64,000 nucleotides of DNA from Lytechinus pictus (taxonomy: Eukaryota), in assembly GCF_037042905.1 (NCBI RefSeq), contig NC_087245.1:16184001-16248000 (forward strand). The letters run 5' to 3'. Positions 13,553-27,588 of this stretch are shown here, in pieces. The notes beneath the pieces are model-generated. The model saw only the letters and a list, made by a program, of their open reading frames with translations, was not told where the DNA came from and searched no databases. How positions within the stretch are numbered: the first letter of the stretch is position 1; each line of letters starts with the position of its first letter. Position numbers and translations under genes: made by a program.

Positions 13553-16500
13553 TTTAAAGTTTTGGTAAATATTCAGATTTTTCTCTCTAAGTTTAAATGC
13601 ATTGTCTGATTGTCAGATGAATTAAAGATTTTATCAATTTTTGTTTTTGGAAATTTTAATTCAAACTGTATTTTTGGTTTAACACCACTTCTCAAACATA
13701 GAATTGATCAGTCAAAAACGATAAGCATACAATCTTTGCATATTGCCTTCTAATATAGAGAATAGATATCACACACAAAAAAGCAGTGAATTATATATCA
13801 ACCACCAAAGTTCATCGTTTTAATGAATAACGCATTAAAAATGTAATAATTGCCATTATATTTGTGTTACATTGAAATGATATGTTAGCTTGGATTGTTT
13901 TCTTCAATGATTTCTTTTATATTAGTAACCATTTCATTATTTTGGAATATTTCAATAATGTTTCAAAGAATTATTACTGCAATATTATGCATAAAGGTTT
14001 CTTTAGACTGACATGCAGATCCAGCAAGGACCATATTTCTTGCTAGTTGCTACTATCTCAAGTCACTTGCACAGGGATCTCAGAACAAGCTACGCATATG
14101 AATCCCCACCCCCTGGAACTTGAAGATACAACTCTGCCTCTCACAGCATTTCACATTTCATTACTTTATGAAATCAATTGAAATCTTCGCGCTGATATTC
14201 TTTTTCCATGTTTATATATGCCAGGCCACTAATGCTAAATTTTGTTTTCACCTTTTCTACCGATAAAAGCAAAACTGACATCAGGAAACCTAGAAATATG
14301 TGAAACAGATAACTTGTTCATAATGTTAGAAATTTCCTTAGATTTTAAACAGTGAGAAGCTCGTGTGAACATAACACTGGCTTGTAGGTTAATAGGGTGA
14401 CATTTTTGAGCTTCAATTAATAGTGCAGATAGATACGAACTGTCAATGTCCACTCCTTTAATAATTCATCACAGACGGACCCCATCCTTTCTCTCTCTCT
14501 TTACCCTTTCCTCTTAGCTGGTCAGATCAAGTTGAATTACACATGTATTTCAACTCGGCTTTTATTTTAAGCCTCACTAATATCCTACAGAGTGAGTGAG
14601 CTCTGAAGTTGCAAATCAGAGAAAAGTGTTCTTGAAGATGTGAGCTTCCTGAATGAAAGAAATGTGCTTTCTTTGTCTTTGGTCTTTAATCTGTGTACAG
14701 AATGCTTATACAGATTTTTTTACATACATAGAAATGAACTTTAAATATCTCAAAGTTATTATTAGGTACCATACAAAACAGTATTAATCATTAGGAACTG
14801 GAATATCATTGACTTTGTCAGACAGTGTATTGTGAACTCGCTTTTTCAGTACATGCCAAAACTGTATGCTTCGAAATAACTCAGTATTGCTGCGATATCT
14901 TGTTGTTTTGACAATGCATATGCATTGATTGGGTTCAGCCAATGCTGAAAGCAGAGCATCATTTATGTTATTAAATAGACGATTGCATAACACAATCAGG
15001 CATATTACACACACAATCAAAAATTAAACATCACGAAATATTTATGCTTTTTGTAGATAAATAACTAGCATTATCCTAGTTATAATGTGCTCATTCATGA
15101 AAGAAATGACTGTAAAATAAGCAAAATATTTCTGATGGCATTCATGTCAATAATCACACTTTTTAAGGGTTCTGTTGGATGATATGAATATCAGTTTTAC
15201 ATCTTATTTGGGTATGTAGTATGGTGTCGTATTCTATAATTATATTAATTTTGCAACATTAAAGTATGGAATATTTCTGATTACATACAACATCATAAGA
15301 CCCATATTAGTTTAATTTGAACCATGCGCTGGATTTTTTGTAGCAAACTACATGTATGAAATAAACAGGAAAACCATAAAAGAATATCTAATGGTTGGTT
15401 TCAGTATATGTTGCCATTTGATATTTCTATGATGTTTTTTAATCAAATAAACCATCTATCTACTGATCTACTATCTGGGGTCTGTCTATCTAGTTATCTA
15501 GGATTATTGCCTATTTATGTATGTTGTTGAGCAACAGATCTTTTTATCTATTAAAGTGAATTTTTTTATGTTCAGAATAATATCTAGATATGAGTCATTT
15601 GACAATGAAGCATTGCATATTTCAGAAATGTACTGCAATTATAATGCGCATTGACATTCCCCCCCCCCCTCAAACTTCTATTAAAAATACCCCTGCCACT
15701 CACTCATCAGTCCACCATAGGTCTTCTACCCTCTAAGTCAGTAATTATCTTCCTCACAAGGGGCACAACGACCTTGTCCTCTATCAGACCCCTCTCCTGA
15801 TGGCTTGATCTCTGTCATATCTCTTTCACCTTGCCATCCATTTTGATATGGTATCCAGTCCTTTTCATTTATTGCATATTCCATGTTTTACAGATAAAGG
15901 CTATTTTTAACTTAGATTTCATCTTTCTTCAGTCATTGTAGTTCACATCTACCCTAGATCATGTACAGCATGATGTGTTTTTAGGGAATGTTTTGAAATG
16001 AATTTGATTGACAGGAGTTAGAATATTAGGATTGTTCTATTGTATAAACACCTAAACAGAGACAGTTCATGTGCAGAACATGTACAATTGACTTGTAATA
16101 AACATGAATGTATACATTTAGAAATGAAAAAAAAAATCATCTTTGTAAAGCCGAATAGTATTACATCTGTGACATGAAGCTGTTCGAATAGTAGTTAATG
16201 TATGGATTTTACAACATTTTGTTTCAAACCTCGCAACAAATACTTTGAAAAGCTAGTGACATTTTTGTTACTTTTTACTACTTTAAAATCTACTGTAGAT
16301 CAAGGCTTGCTGGATTATTTCATGACTTGGTTTTACAGTGACTAATGAAATCATTTTCATTTAATTGGCATCTACCTGTATCTGGTCTGGTGAAGTATAT
16401 CATGAAATGCTTTATCTGTGATTTTTCTTACATGTACGATTGTATGAGGTACTGATTTGTTTTGATTATTTTTTACTATTTCAACATCTACTATAGATAA

Positions 16501-18054
16501 TGATTATTTTAATGAAATTGTTTGCTAATAACTGTTCTTATTAATGTACTGAGATTGTTTTGTTATTCCTTACCACCTTACTCTCTACTGTAGATTGTGG
16601 TTCAGGTGAGAATTTCATGAATGTGTTTGTCAGTGAATAAGGTACTGGATATATTTCACTCCTCAATACCAATTTTAAATCTCATATAGACCATCTTTCA
16701 GGGGATTATTTTGAATGGTTTGTTAATCTTTCTCTAAAGTCTGTTTTAGCCAATTAAATTTTAGTCATTACCGATACTTAGTTAACATCTGTAGACAACA
16801 GTTCAGGTTTTTTTTAATGTTTTTTTTTCAGTGCCCTTTCTTACTTAAACTTTTACAAAACTCCTTGCATTGATTTGTTGAGAGCAAATTATACCGCCAG
16901 GATCTTAATTTCAATTTCAATTCAATTAAATTGATTTATTTCCAATTAAAGTCAAATATACTTTGGGCACTACAAGTCTATATGCGTTATATTAGATAAG
17001 ATTCTCATGTCAGGAAAAGTGTAGGTCACAGGACGTATGAGAGTGTGAGTAAAGCACTGTGGAGAATATGTCAAAATGTGCTCAACTTTTTTTAATAACT
17101 TTTCTTTAAAGAATGATTTGTAAATGAAATATGTTTGCAATGTTCTCATTGTCATTTAATTCATCCCTGGATTTCATCTGAATATATGATAATTTTTGCA
17201 AGCTATGTGATTTGATTTTGATATAATTTATACTACAACAAATTTATATATGTGCACAGGTATGTGCATTGTATTTCTTAAGACACCAAGAGCAGAGTTA
17301 ATCTTATCAACAGGGCATGTTTAAGAACTTTATGACAAATTAAGGCTTATGATATGAAGTATTGTGTTACGTGCACCTTGTGTGTCTGCAGTAGTTACAC
17401 ATCTCGAGAAGACTTTTAAGAGATGTGATGTGATCCAGACTTGAGTAGTAATCATTATGATGGGAAGGGGATGGCCTCTTGATGCCAGTAATTAAACTGT
17501 GGCGGTCAAATGTCACCCCTTGAAATAGCTCTCAAGCTCTCACTTCTTCTTCATTGATAGTCTGCATCTTCAGACGTCTTTAGTTGTACCAGAACAAAGA
17601 GATTTAATTTGTGTTTATGAGATTTGACCTTTTTGTGCATGATTTGCCTTTGACATATCAAACAAGATTCTTCTCCATCTATAGTATAGGAATTTCTTCT
17701 CTACATCTTTCCCAGAAATTGTCATTACTTCCCATTGTTTGTTAGTGCTGAAGTTGAAAGATAGATTATCAAATTTGAAAAAGTCGCTGAGTGAGTTTCT
17801 TACTAAAAGATGTTGTTGTCAGACTTGAAGGTTCCTTTCAATGAATTGATTAATTTTGTGTTTTGTGAAAGTTTTTTAAATGATATTATGCTTCAGCATT
17901 GTATATTTTTGTTTGAGGTTATTGGTTTAATGATATTTATTTGCTATAAAAAAGGATGAAAATATCAATAGCCACTTCATGATTTGTTTTATGTTACAGA
18001 GTCTTCCATGGCGGTTTAGAAAAGACATCAGTAATGCTTCTTTTGCAGCCAAAA

Positions 18055-18600
18055 TAAAACCATCCCAACAACAAGTTGATTTGAAATTTAAGAACAATAA
18101 ACAAGTATTAGAAAAAAAGTCAGACTAGTCTAGAACAGAAAATATCCTCAAAATTTAATGTAAGATAAGAAATTTGTGATTTTAAGATCTTGATTGTTAT
18201 TCACAGTCCATTCCATTCATTATGCCAATGAGGGAACAGTTAATGTCACACACTGACATATTGAATTTTCATAGTATGAAATATAAAAACAATAATCAGT
18301 AAATTTAAAATATGGTGAGAGAAAGGATGATGATTTTACATGCCCCGTGAAGAATCAAACAAAGTTTTCATTATTGGAGGCAAAAAATTGTAAAAGAAGA
18401 AAAAAGAAGAATAAATGATGCAATTATACCACACATGATGCAAACCATTGTGGATTTTTTTTTACTATTCAAAAGTCTAAATTGTATACTATATTCAGGT
18501 ATTTCTTATTTTATGCCATATTTAATTGATATTGACAGTGATGCTTGTTTTATTATTTTCTCCGATCATTCAAATCAACTTTTTGTTTGAGTGGACTTGA
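18055..18600. mobile_element. Highly degraded relative of the Kolobok-like MITE family
   Basis: Ends caacaacaagttgatttgaa and ttcaaatcaactttttgtttgagtggacttg match the family termini. Confidence 0.45.
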
Positions 18601-19534
18601 TTTACACTGACTGAAGTGCTGTCTTTCACTGTTACCCATATAATGCAGTATATGTGGATAAAATGAAGATACTTTCCAATACACAATTTCGCAATGTAAT
18701 TTTTCATTTTTGTTTTCAATGTAAGTAACCTCTAGTAAGACTAAACATACCTTAGTACTATTTCATTTCCCTTCAGTCTGACAGTCATACACTCTAATAC
18801 TTGAAATGTTAAACCAATAATGGAAAGGTTAGGGGAGTGACAATAATTTCCACATGTTATGCATAAAGCTGAATCCAACAATATGTTGGATTGAAACCAT
18901 TTAAATGTAAGTTGCAACATTTAGAAAAGGTTGTCTCTCCTCCAACCTTTCAAATGTTGATTTAACATTTCAGGTTTTAGATTGTAAAGTAATAAAAGCA
19001 TCCAATTCATATTGATGTTTAAAACTATGCATTATTCCTTAATTGCATGTTAAACTCACAAAACATGTATCATATTAATTTGAAAGTTTGTGTTCCGAAG
19101 CCCTGTCTCATGTCTTCAGAAATGTGTTATATTTAAAAAATTGAAATAGACAGGCTTTCTAAACTGTTTGGGTTTCTTTCATTTCCGTTCCTGTAAATCA
19201 TCAAACAAAAATAGATATAGATGTCTCAACTAAGACAGCCAAAGTCTGTGCCAGTCTGCACTGCCTCATATATCATACCCTTCCCTGTTAGTTTGCTACT
19301 GGTTGTTTGCATTGGAAAGCTATTATAATTTCAAGATCTGTGAACAGATTTATATATTGCCTAATCTTCCAGCCCAGTCTTATCCCATTCCCTGGCTTTC
19401 CTGTAATCTTGTTTGCCGTCTCTCAGATCCATGCACATGGTAATTGTGTTTTTGAAAGATTCTAGAGTGAAGCGAAAATAGTTTTAACTCTTCTGTGCAA
19501 TCTGCATACATGTAGTCAAGTATGCACTATGTCT

Positions 19535-20202
19535 ATATCGTTGGCGTTCATCCAAACCGTCATATCAGTCAATTTTGGTAAAAAAATTGATTTTGAGATT
19601 TTTGCAGAAAATGAAAGTACAAGTCCTATTCTATTCATAACTAAATTTCTAGGCAGCAATTTCTTTTATTCTGAGATATGAGGGGATTTTCACGGTGATG
19701 ACATACATTTTTTAAATAAAATGTGCAGATCCCATTGGAAATGTGTATTGTAGCAGAGCGATTCGACGGTTTGACTGATCGCGATTTCAATGCGTGTGGT
19801 CAGCCAAACCATCTTAGGCGGCCATCAACACTGCATTGAATTTGCACGTGAAAAGCAATACAACGTTTTGACTGACCGCGCGCATTGAGATCGCAGTCAG
19901 GGTTGTTGTATCCCTTATGGCGTTTTGTACAGGGGAAATCTAAACCGCTCAAAACGAAATTACAAGCTTGGAGCTCTTTTGCAATATTTTCTCTGATCCT
20001 CGGTTTTGTGTTTAAAATAAGAATACCAATATCAAGCAATTGTCTCGGTCTTTCCAACCATGTATTTTTCTAGCAATGAATATGTTGTAAGGCTGGGGAA
20101 CTACGTGTGAAAATTATAGTAAACTTTGAAGTAGATTTTCTCTGAAATGGGTTTGCACCGTCGTAAGTGTGATACGATGGTTTGGATTATCGCTGATGAT
20201 AT
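19535..20202. mobile_element. Non-autonomous TIR element
   Basis: Imperfect ~33-bp TIR atatcgttggcgttcatccaaaccgtcatatca / tgatacgatggtttggattatcgctgatgatat, plus an internal inverted repeat at 19774-19810/19865-19900. Confidence 0.65.
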
Positions 20203-20765
20203 GGTTGGTCTAAAGGCTTCAATGAGGACTTCAGCTTTGTATACTGACAAAGCAGAATAATGCCCTATACGAGATGCTATTGACTATAACAATTTGTTGT
20301 AACTTTTTATACGTAGGTTACCATGTTTTAGACCCATTTTGTGAATTCATGGATGCGGTTCATTTCAATTCATGAGAGGTTGAAGACCAGAGTAAGCTGC
20401 TTGATTTTAATCTTCCTTTTAGGAGGACTTTGTTCCGCCCTTGATCTGCTTCAAATCTTTTTTTTTAAATTCATTAATGGGATTCTCATATTATGTGGCA
20501 TATTCTGCATTCAAAGGTCTTAAAAAATGACAACACTTATGAAAACAATTGTTATTGTTCAGCTGCATCAACTCTGGATTATTTGAGGACAAATTAATGA
20601 AAGAGGTAATACTGCAAACAGTGTACCAATGTCTTTGGGCATTTCCTCAAGTGGTCCAAAATGAGGCTGACTTCAGGTAATAAGGTATATGGTTTTCTTT
20701 TGAACTTATTTAACCAAATGACACATGTACCAAATCTGAGTTTTGTTATCTTGTTTTTTTTTTAG

Positions 20766-20944
20766 ACACACCCTCACCATCCCCCATGCCTTGCCAGAGG
20801 ATAAAGGCTTATACATTGTGAGAGCTGTGAATACTGGAGGAGTAGCACATTGTGGAGCCGATGTGGTAGTAGAAGAAAAATCAGCGGAAGAGATTGAGAT
20901 CGAGGAGGCAGAGATACGTGAAGAAAAGAGTGCTGCAAAGAAAG
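20766..20944 (+). CDS. Coding exon B; C-terminal half of Ig domain 1 plus acidic linker
   Basis: Acceptor ttttttttag|A, donor AAAG|gtaaaa. Phase 2 joins exon A (AA+A=K). Reads HTLTIPHALPEDKGLYIVRAVNTGGVAHCGADVVVEEKSAEEIEIEEAEIREEKSAAKK, with LxI and DxGxY motifs. Confidence 0.92.
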
Positions 20945-21060
20945 GTAAAACAAATTTTGGAGTGCTCAGTAGGAGTTATCATATATGTTGAGGGTTGAAA
21001 TAAGGACTGATATTTTTATTTAATATTTTAGGAACTTGACAGGATTAATAATTGAAAGTT

Positions 21061-21490
21061 AATAAGCCAGTTCGGAGTTCCGTTCTGCGCATGATCAGAA
21101 GAAGGTCATACGGACTAAAAGAGACGTGGTTTAATATCTATTGAGATAAGCACCAAATTTTATGTCTTGGTTGTTCATATATTCTTTTGAGTTTTGTTTT
21201 TCATTAGATCCGCAAAATTCAACAATGTGTCCAATAGTGACTGGTGTTTCACAATTGGCCAAGTACATTGTTATAGCAACTTGTTGATGCATTCAAAGTA
21301 AAAATGCAACAAGTATATTCATTGAGTGTTCATTGGTGTGCTATTTTAGTCACCTGGTCTATACAATTTATGCATCCTGCTATGTAAGGCATGCTTACAT
21401 AATATCTTGCTTTGAAATCTGCCTATCATATGTAAAAAATGAAAAGTCATTTGACCAAAATTGCCCATGAGGTGATACCGAACTGGTATT
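21061..21490. mobile_element. Probable MITE
   Basis: Inverted ends aataagccagttcgg / ccgaactggtatt. Confidence 0.45.
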
Positions 21491-21908
21491 TTCTCTTTGC
21501 ACTTAAACACAATATTGAAAGGCTTTTAGACTGAAGAGCTTTGTTTTAAACACAATATAGTAAGTTTTATAAATAGCAACTGCATTAAAAAAAAAATTCC
21601 TAAACGTCAAGACGTACCCACTGACTTTAGGGTGTAGGTTTTGTTTCAAAAACAGTAGTAGTACAACAAATGTATTTGTAACTTTGGGCGACATATGAGA
21701 TTTGTAATATTCCAGTTTGACAAAAGAATGGTTATTCCATGGAGCTCTATGGTTATTCTATCTCCAAATCTAAACATTTTGGGTTCATCAAGTTACCCAA
21801 TACCCAGTTTGCATTGTTTGAATACTTAATAATTTTCTTTTATTCTGATTAATTAATCTTTTGATTACAGCATTATTTCATTTATTTCTTAAAATTGACT
21901 TTTTAAAG

Positions 21909-21993
21909 GCGATATTGTGATCACACCTACTGGACAAAGTGCTGGAGACAAGGCAAAGCCTGGGACTAAATCAGACAAGATGCAAGCACCTTG
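21909..21993 (+). CDS. Coding exon C; linker
   Basis: Acceptor ctttttaaag|GC, donor TG|gtaagat. Phase 1 to 2 exactly bridges exons B and D. Reads GDIVITPTGQSAGDKAKPGTKSDKMQAPW. Confidence 0.8.
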
Positions 21994-22101
21994 GTAAGAT
22001 ATTCACATGAAACCAAAATCCCCAAGGTAATAATTATTAAAAGAGAGTGTAGAGAAAAACATATGTGGAGAGGGTTAATGAAGAGCGTTAAAAGTGTAAA
22101 T

Positions 22102-22375
22102 TTCAGAAATTAGAACTGTAACTGTCCTAAAATCTACTATACTCTAAATTCCAAGGATTTAGAATAAATCCAGATCGGCTGTGAATAATGACCAGCTGAA
22201 TATTAGATTTAGATTCAAACCTTGTTGATTTAAATATAAAGTTAAAAGATTTGAATTTAAATCTTTTGATTTTGAAGTTAATCCATAAGATTTCTAATTC
22301 AAAATTCTGCTGGTCACTATTCACAGCCAATCTTGATTTATTTTAAATCCTTGGAATTTAGAGTATATTTCTGAA
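22102..22375. repeat. AT-rich foldback palindrome
   Basis: 22138-22197 is the near-perfect reverse complement of 22309-22367; the centre is aaaagatttgaatttaaatctttt. Confidence 0.8.
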
Positions 22376-25300
22376 TAGGATAGAATTGCCAATTCTTAAA
22401 GTCTGTTTTCTATTTATGGCTGTCTTTAAATTGGAAATATTGTATCAAAGTGGCAGGATTTTGTAGACAAACTCTTCAGTAAGTTTTCAGGTTTCAAACA
22501 TTATATCTCAAAGAGCAGCTTGACTTCTCAAACCTGTATATTAATTTTCATTTTGAATAATACATGATTTCAGAATAGCAAAACCATCTTGGGAGACAGA
22601 GGAAATTTGAAAATTGCAGCAAGACATGGAGAATGAAATCCACATACATGCCATATGAAAAGCTTTATTGATAATTTTAGGATAGCCATAATAAGTTAAA
22701 AAGTTAAACTTGCAACCTGTTTTATTTACTCCCTCCATTTTGTAACTGACTTTGATGGAACATATTTTATAGAATTCCTCTACTTTGTATCTTTTTACTA
22801 AAATCAATGTTTCCACTGGGTTTTGTATCCTTCCAACAACATCTAAAAGAGTATTCCTCAAATCTTTGTTTTACCTATTGTTTTGTTTGTTTGTTTATTT
22901 GCAAGGGTGTTATTCTATTAAACATTATTTCAAAAGAACACTTGAAGATTTTATGATTTTCATTTGTTCTACCTTATATTTATCAGCATTTTATTTTTGG
23001 CATCTTAAACTGCTTCAAAGATTGATATATGAAGTTTAAATTTGGAGAAGTCGTCATAGAGATATTTTAAAGCATCGTGTCTCTTTAAGAGGTGTAGTAT
23101 TAGCAGAATTAGCGGAGAGCACACAGACCTCCTAAATGTAACAGGCTTTCTAAATTGAGGTGACTGCATATGTTGAAGTCATTAGGATGACGTGAGCTGT
23201 GTGAGCCCTATCCTTACCTAGGTGGGTTGATGGGCACAGCATACCAGTGTAAAGGGCGGTTGGGTAGACCAGCCAGCCCTGCACGGTGGGCAAAGCTGTA
23301 ATATTGATTTACACATGTATGAATTAATAGTTCATCATCACATTAAAGGGCTGGTTCTTACACCATTGGATCGATGCGGACTGTGTTTCATTTTGTTCCT
23401 CTCGCAAGTTTTATGAATAATGCTCTTTTTCATTGTGATGGTGCCTTTAACATAGTTTGTGTGTGTGTTTTGAAATTTCAAGTCCATATTGATGGCAACA
23501 ACACAATGTGCATATAAAGAGAAAAAAAAACCAAAACAATTCTATATTATATATATATTTAAATGAAACAAATCAAGATTGTACGCTTTGCAGTATTAGG
23601 TGGTATATTATCTGAAGGAGGCCTGTTAAAACAATGTTTAAGTGTATAAAAGCAATTCAATGTAACCCACTCCATCTCATAATCTCCTGAATTTGGAAAA
23701 TAAAATGATACATGTCAAGAAATTCATATTCAATTACAAATCAGCAACATGGAATGATTACATTTGATGATACAATACAAATGAGCATACATACATGTCC
23801 CCCTTAATGGCCTCATGATTAGTGGCCTTTTCAACAGATTTTTTCTTATTCACCTTGGGAATCAAAACCAATCCATTTTGTATGTAGAAATCAATAATCA
23901 TCCATTATCAGAATGAAATTGATATCCAGCTGTGGATTACTGTTTTATGATTGTAATTTTCCATTTGGAAACTATTTTGAAAATGGCAGCATTAACAGTA
24001 AACACCACACCATTTTAAAATGAATGCAATAAGTTCAAGCAGGCATCAAACTACTGAGCAAAGACCATTTGGTTTGAACCATGAATGCATCATGAAGACG
24101 TCACTTTCTCAGAAGCAAAACAAAATAGGAAGCAAAGCAAAACGTGTCCTCCTAGTCTTGACCTTAATCAATATTTGTCCTTTAATTGTGTCATTACATA
24201 GCTTACTGGTATGTGGCTTGCTGCCAACTCAGGTATAGTCTACCTTCACAAACTTCAAGATTCAAGAATTATTCAATCATGGTCACAGCTTGACGGCTGA
24301 ATTGACAAGATTTTTACCAAAAAAGTACCCAAACAAAGGAACGAAGGATGGTAATGCTCTACTGGCATTGCTGATATCCATGGTCTCTCCTCTGATTATT
24401 ATAATACATTTACTGTATGCATGCACATCCCTATTCTGTAATACTCAAATATGATGGTTAACAATTAAGGTTGAAAAAATGAATATGAGCATAATTGTAG
24501 GTCACTAGGCAAAGGTCATTTAGGGTCAATAAACTAATATCAAGTTTAAAACAAAATACCAAATGATAAGATTTTGAATTTTCAATATAGGCCTAATGTT
24601 AAAATTAGAAGTAATCTATTAAAAGCAATCAATTATTTCGAACTTGGACGTGATTATTACAGGTATCAGAAATAAGACAAGTATAATTTCAGGTTACTAG
24701 ATGAAGGTTACTGAGGTCATTGCACATCAATGAATTTGGATAACAATTGGTATTTTGTTCATTATTTTAAAGATATTAAGTCAAATTAAATTAAATTAAA
24801 TTATTGGACATCACAAAAAAAGGAATGAATGACAGTTTCTGAGTCAAGGTCAAACATCATTTGAGGTCAAAAACATGGATATTGTTATCAAATTATTGTT
24901 TTTTTTCTCTCTCTCTGTCTTTCAAAAGATAATTCATCTTACCTGTTTTCAAAGACAGCACTGCTGGTATATTGGGTTGTATTTTACAATATCTGTGCAA
25001 GATAAAAATGTACCGATTTGGATGTTTTAAAGGCAATTCGTAATTTGGGATGGGGGCTGTGAGTATTCTTTAAAAAGCTAATGACATAGTGAAGCATGTT
25101 ACTCATTGCCTATTGAAAGTACTTTTGTTCTCTTGAAGCCCCCCCCCCCTCCTCCATATGCTCTTTATTCCAGCTAAGGGTTACAGTGCACTGAAGTCAA
25201 GATTTATCTGTAAAATATCACCTTGAAGAATTTTCAGGGAACATAAAAGCAAAAAAAAATGCTTCCAGTACTGAGTGAAGATGATTAATGATGATATTAT

Positions 25301-25548
25301 AAATGATACAATGATGATTGTGATTATGATGATAATTATGATAGTAATAATGATAGGCTTAGTTGATACAGTATATTGCTTAATAAAACAATTATCTGTC
25401 TCTATTGCTATCAATTATCAGCACTTACCAAGCAAACATAAACAGCAGCTTAAAGCTATAGGGCCTATTCACTTACATGTAGGTCTATATGAAGATATCA
25501 AGATACCAATGAATATAAAGTTGTTCAGGCATCAACATCTCCCCAAAG

Positions 25549-26256
25549 TATTGCCTATATAGTATTCAATCCTGCTTGAACTAAAAAAAGTTATTAAAAT
25601 GTATGAGCTAACAACAAGACTTTTGCATTCATATCAAATGTATACATTGTCTTGCCCCACCAATTTGATTTCACACTGCAAATAGCTCCCAAATCGGAAG
25701 ACAAATTCCTGCTAAGGGTTTTTTTTTCAAATGAAGAAATATCTGCTTATTTGCAACTATTTTATTTCTGGGATATTATAAATATTTGCTTTCACACAGG
25801 CAAAAACTTAATAATACCATATTGATCCTAGTGGAATTGTCAGACAAAAAAACAAGTATTTTTACTAAGGGCAGATGTGAACACACACCGCATAGACCGC
25901 ATAAATTATTGCCTATATAGTATTCAATCCTGCTTGAACTAAAAAAAGTTATTAAAATGTATGAGCTAACAACAAGACTTTTGCATTCATATCAAATGTA
26001 TACATTGTCTTGCCCCACCAATTTGATTTCACACTGCAAATGGCTCCCAAATCGTAAGACAAATTCCTGCTAAGGGTTTTTTTTTTCGAATGAAGAAACA
26101 TCTGCTTATTTGCAACTATTTTATTTCTGGGATATTATAAATATTTGCTTTCACACAGGCAAAAACTTAATAATACCATATTGATCCTAGTGGAATTGTC
26201 AGACAGAAAAACAAGTATTTTTACTAAGGGCAGATGTGAACACACACCGCATAGAC
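25549..26256. repeat. Near-identical tandem duplication (2 x ~350 bp)
   Basis: 25549-25897 repeats at 25907-26256 with about five substitutions and one homopolymer indel. Confidence 0.95.
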
Positions 26257-26988
26257 TCTGCATGCATGCAGTAGTATATCATGGTGATCTGTGCTCTCAT
26301 GTTAAGGCAATCGTTTGATGTCACGAGTGATTAGAACATATGGATTGAGAAAAGGGCAGCACCACACAGGCCACTGGTAGTTGCTTCAATTAATTTAAAG
26401 GCTACTCTGTGGTCATCCCGTCTATTAACAAACTTAACAGTTTTACCTACCCGATTGAGTAACAGTACTTGCAAGTAAAATTGATCTATGACTACCCTAT
26501 AGAAAGCCAACATGTATATTAATATTCATTCTGAATATGAAGAATACTTGGATTAAGGTGAGTTTATTGCTCCCGATTTCAGGCCCAAAGCAAAGCGCGA
26601 TTTGCGTTTAGTTCAAACATGGTTATAAATGTCCTTTCTCATTTCCATTTTAAATGCTGATTTAAATGATCTTAAACTTGCAAATAGCAATCCCATTTGT
26701 AATTGAAGTTTCTTCAAGAGCACAGTTTCTGGGGAAGCATAGATAAAAACATCACCAATTCTTTAGTAACACATTGTAATTTTGCTTTCATAAATGGAGA
26801 TTCTGGTTTGATTGAGATCACAACTTCATTATTATTGCTTTTCAATAAAGCATGTGCTCTACCTTGAATTCCCCTCCTGATTCAACTTATCATTTTGCTA
26901 TTAAAAACCCCCAGCAGTACTCCATGGAAGGTCAGTCACGTTCAGCATTTACAATGTAACATTGATTCTGCCTAAATTGCAAAGGAGG

Positions 26989-27049
26989 TGTAGCAGTAGT
27001 TGTAGCAGCAGCAGCAGCAGTAGTAGTACATGTAGTAGTAGTATTAGAA

Positions 27050-27080
<31 letters not shown>

Positions 27081-27125
27081 CAGTAGTAGTAGTAGTAGTA
27101 GTAGCAGTACATGTATTAGAAGTAG
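26989..27125. repeat. (AGT)n/(AGC)n microsatellite
   Basis: Directly visible; explains the poly-S and poly-T ORFs in the track. Confidence 0.9.
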
Positions 27126-27127
27126 AC

Positions 27128-27588
27128 ATCACTCACTCACTATTTCTGTTGTATTTTATTATATGAAATAAGTAATATTTCAATTGTCTCTTCATTGTTA
27201 TGTGAAAAAAGTTTTATTCCTTCATGAAGATGTGGAATTACCATTGTTTTAACATTTTGTGGTTCAATCAAGTTTATACTTATTGTCAAATCTGTAAAAA
27301 TTGAAATACATATATTGTATAATCTAAACAATAACAAACAAAGGAAATACTAGTAGTGAATAAGATATATCATCAACTCTCTCATTTGAATATCACTTAG
27401 TTGTGCATAAACATGTACCTTTTTTTCTGAAAAATAAGCTTAAAATGAAACGTTTTTGTAAATAATAAGCTTAAAATGCCATAACTTTCTAAATTTACCT
27501 CTGATTTTGATGAAATGATCAGCTTTATGCTCGTTTGATTTTTCTCTATTGATTCAAATCAACATTTTTCTTTGATGGACTTGACTTT
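27128..27588 (-). mobile_element. Truncated Kolobok-like MITE, copy D
   Basis: Colinear with about 36700-37117 (ctcactatttct...gattcaaatcaac...tggacttg). One end is lost next to the microsatellite. Confidence 0.75.

Noticed and set aside
26932..27171. Poly-Thr and poly-Ser ORFs
   Set aside because: They are microsatellite translations.
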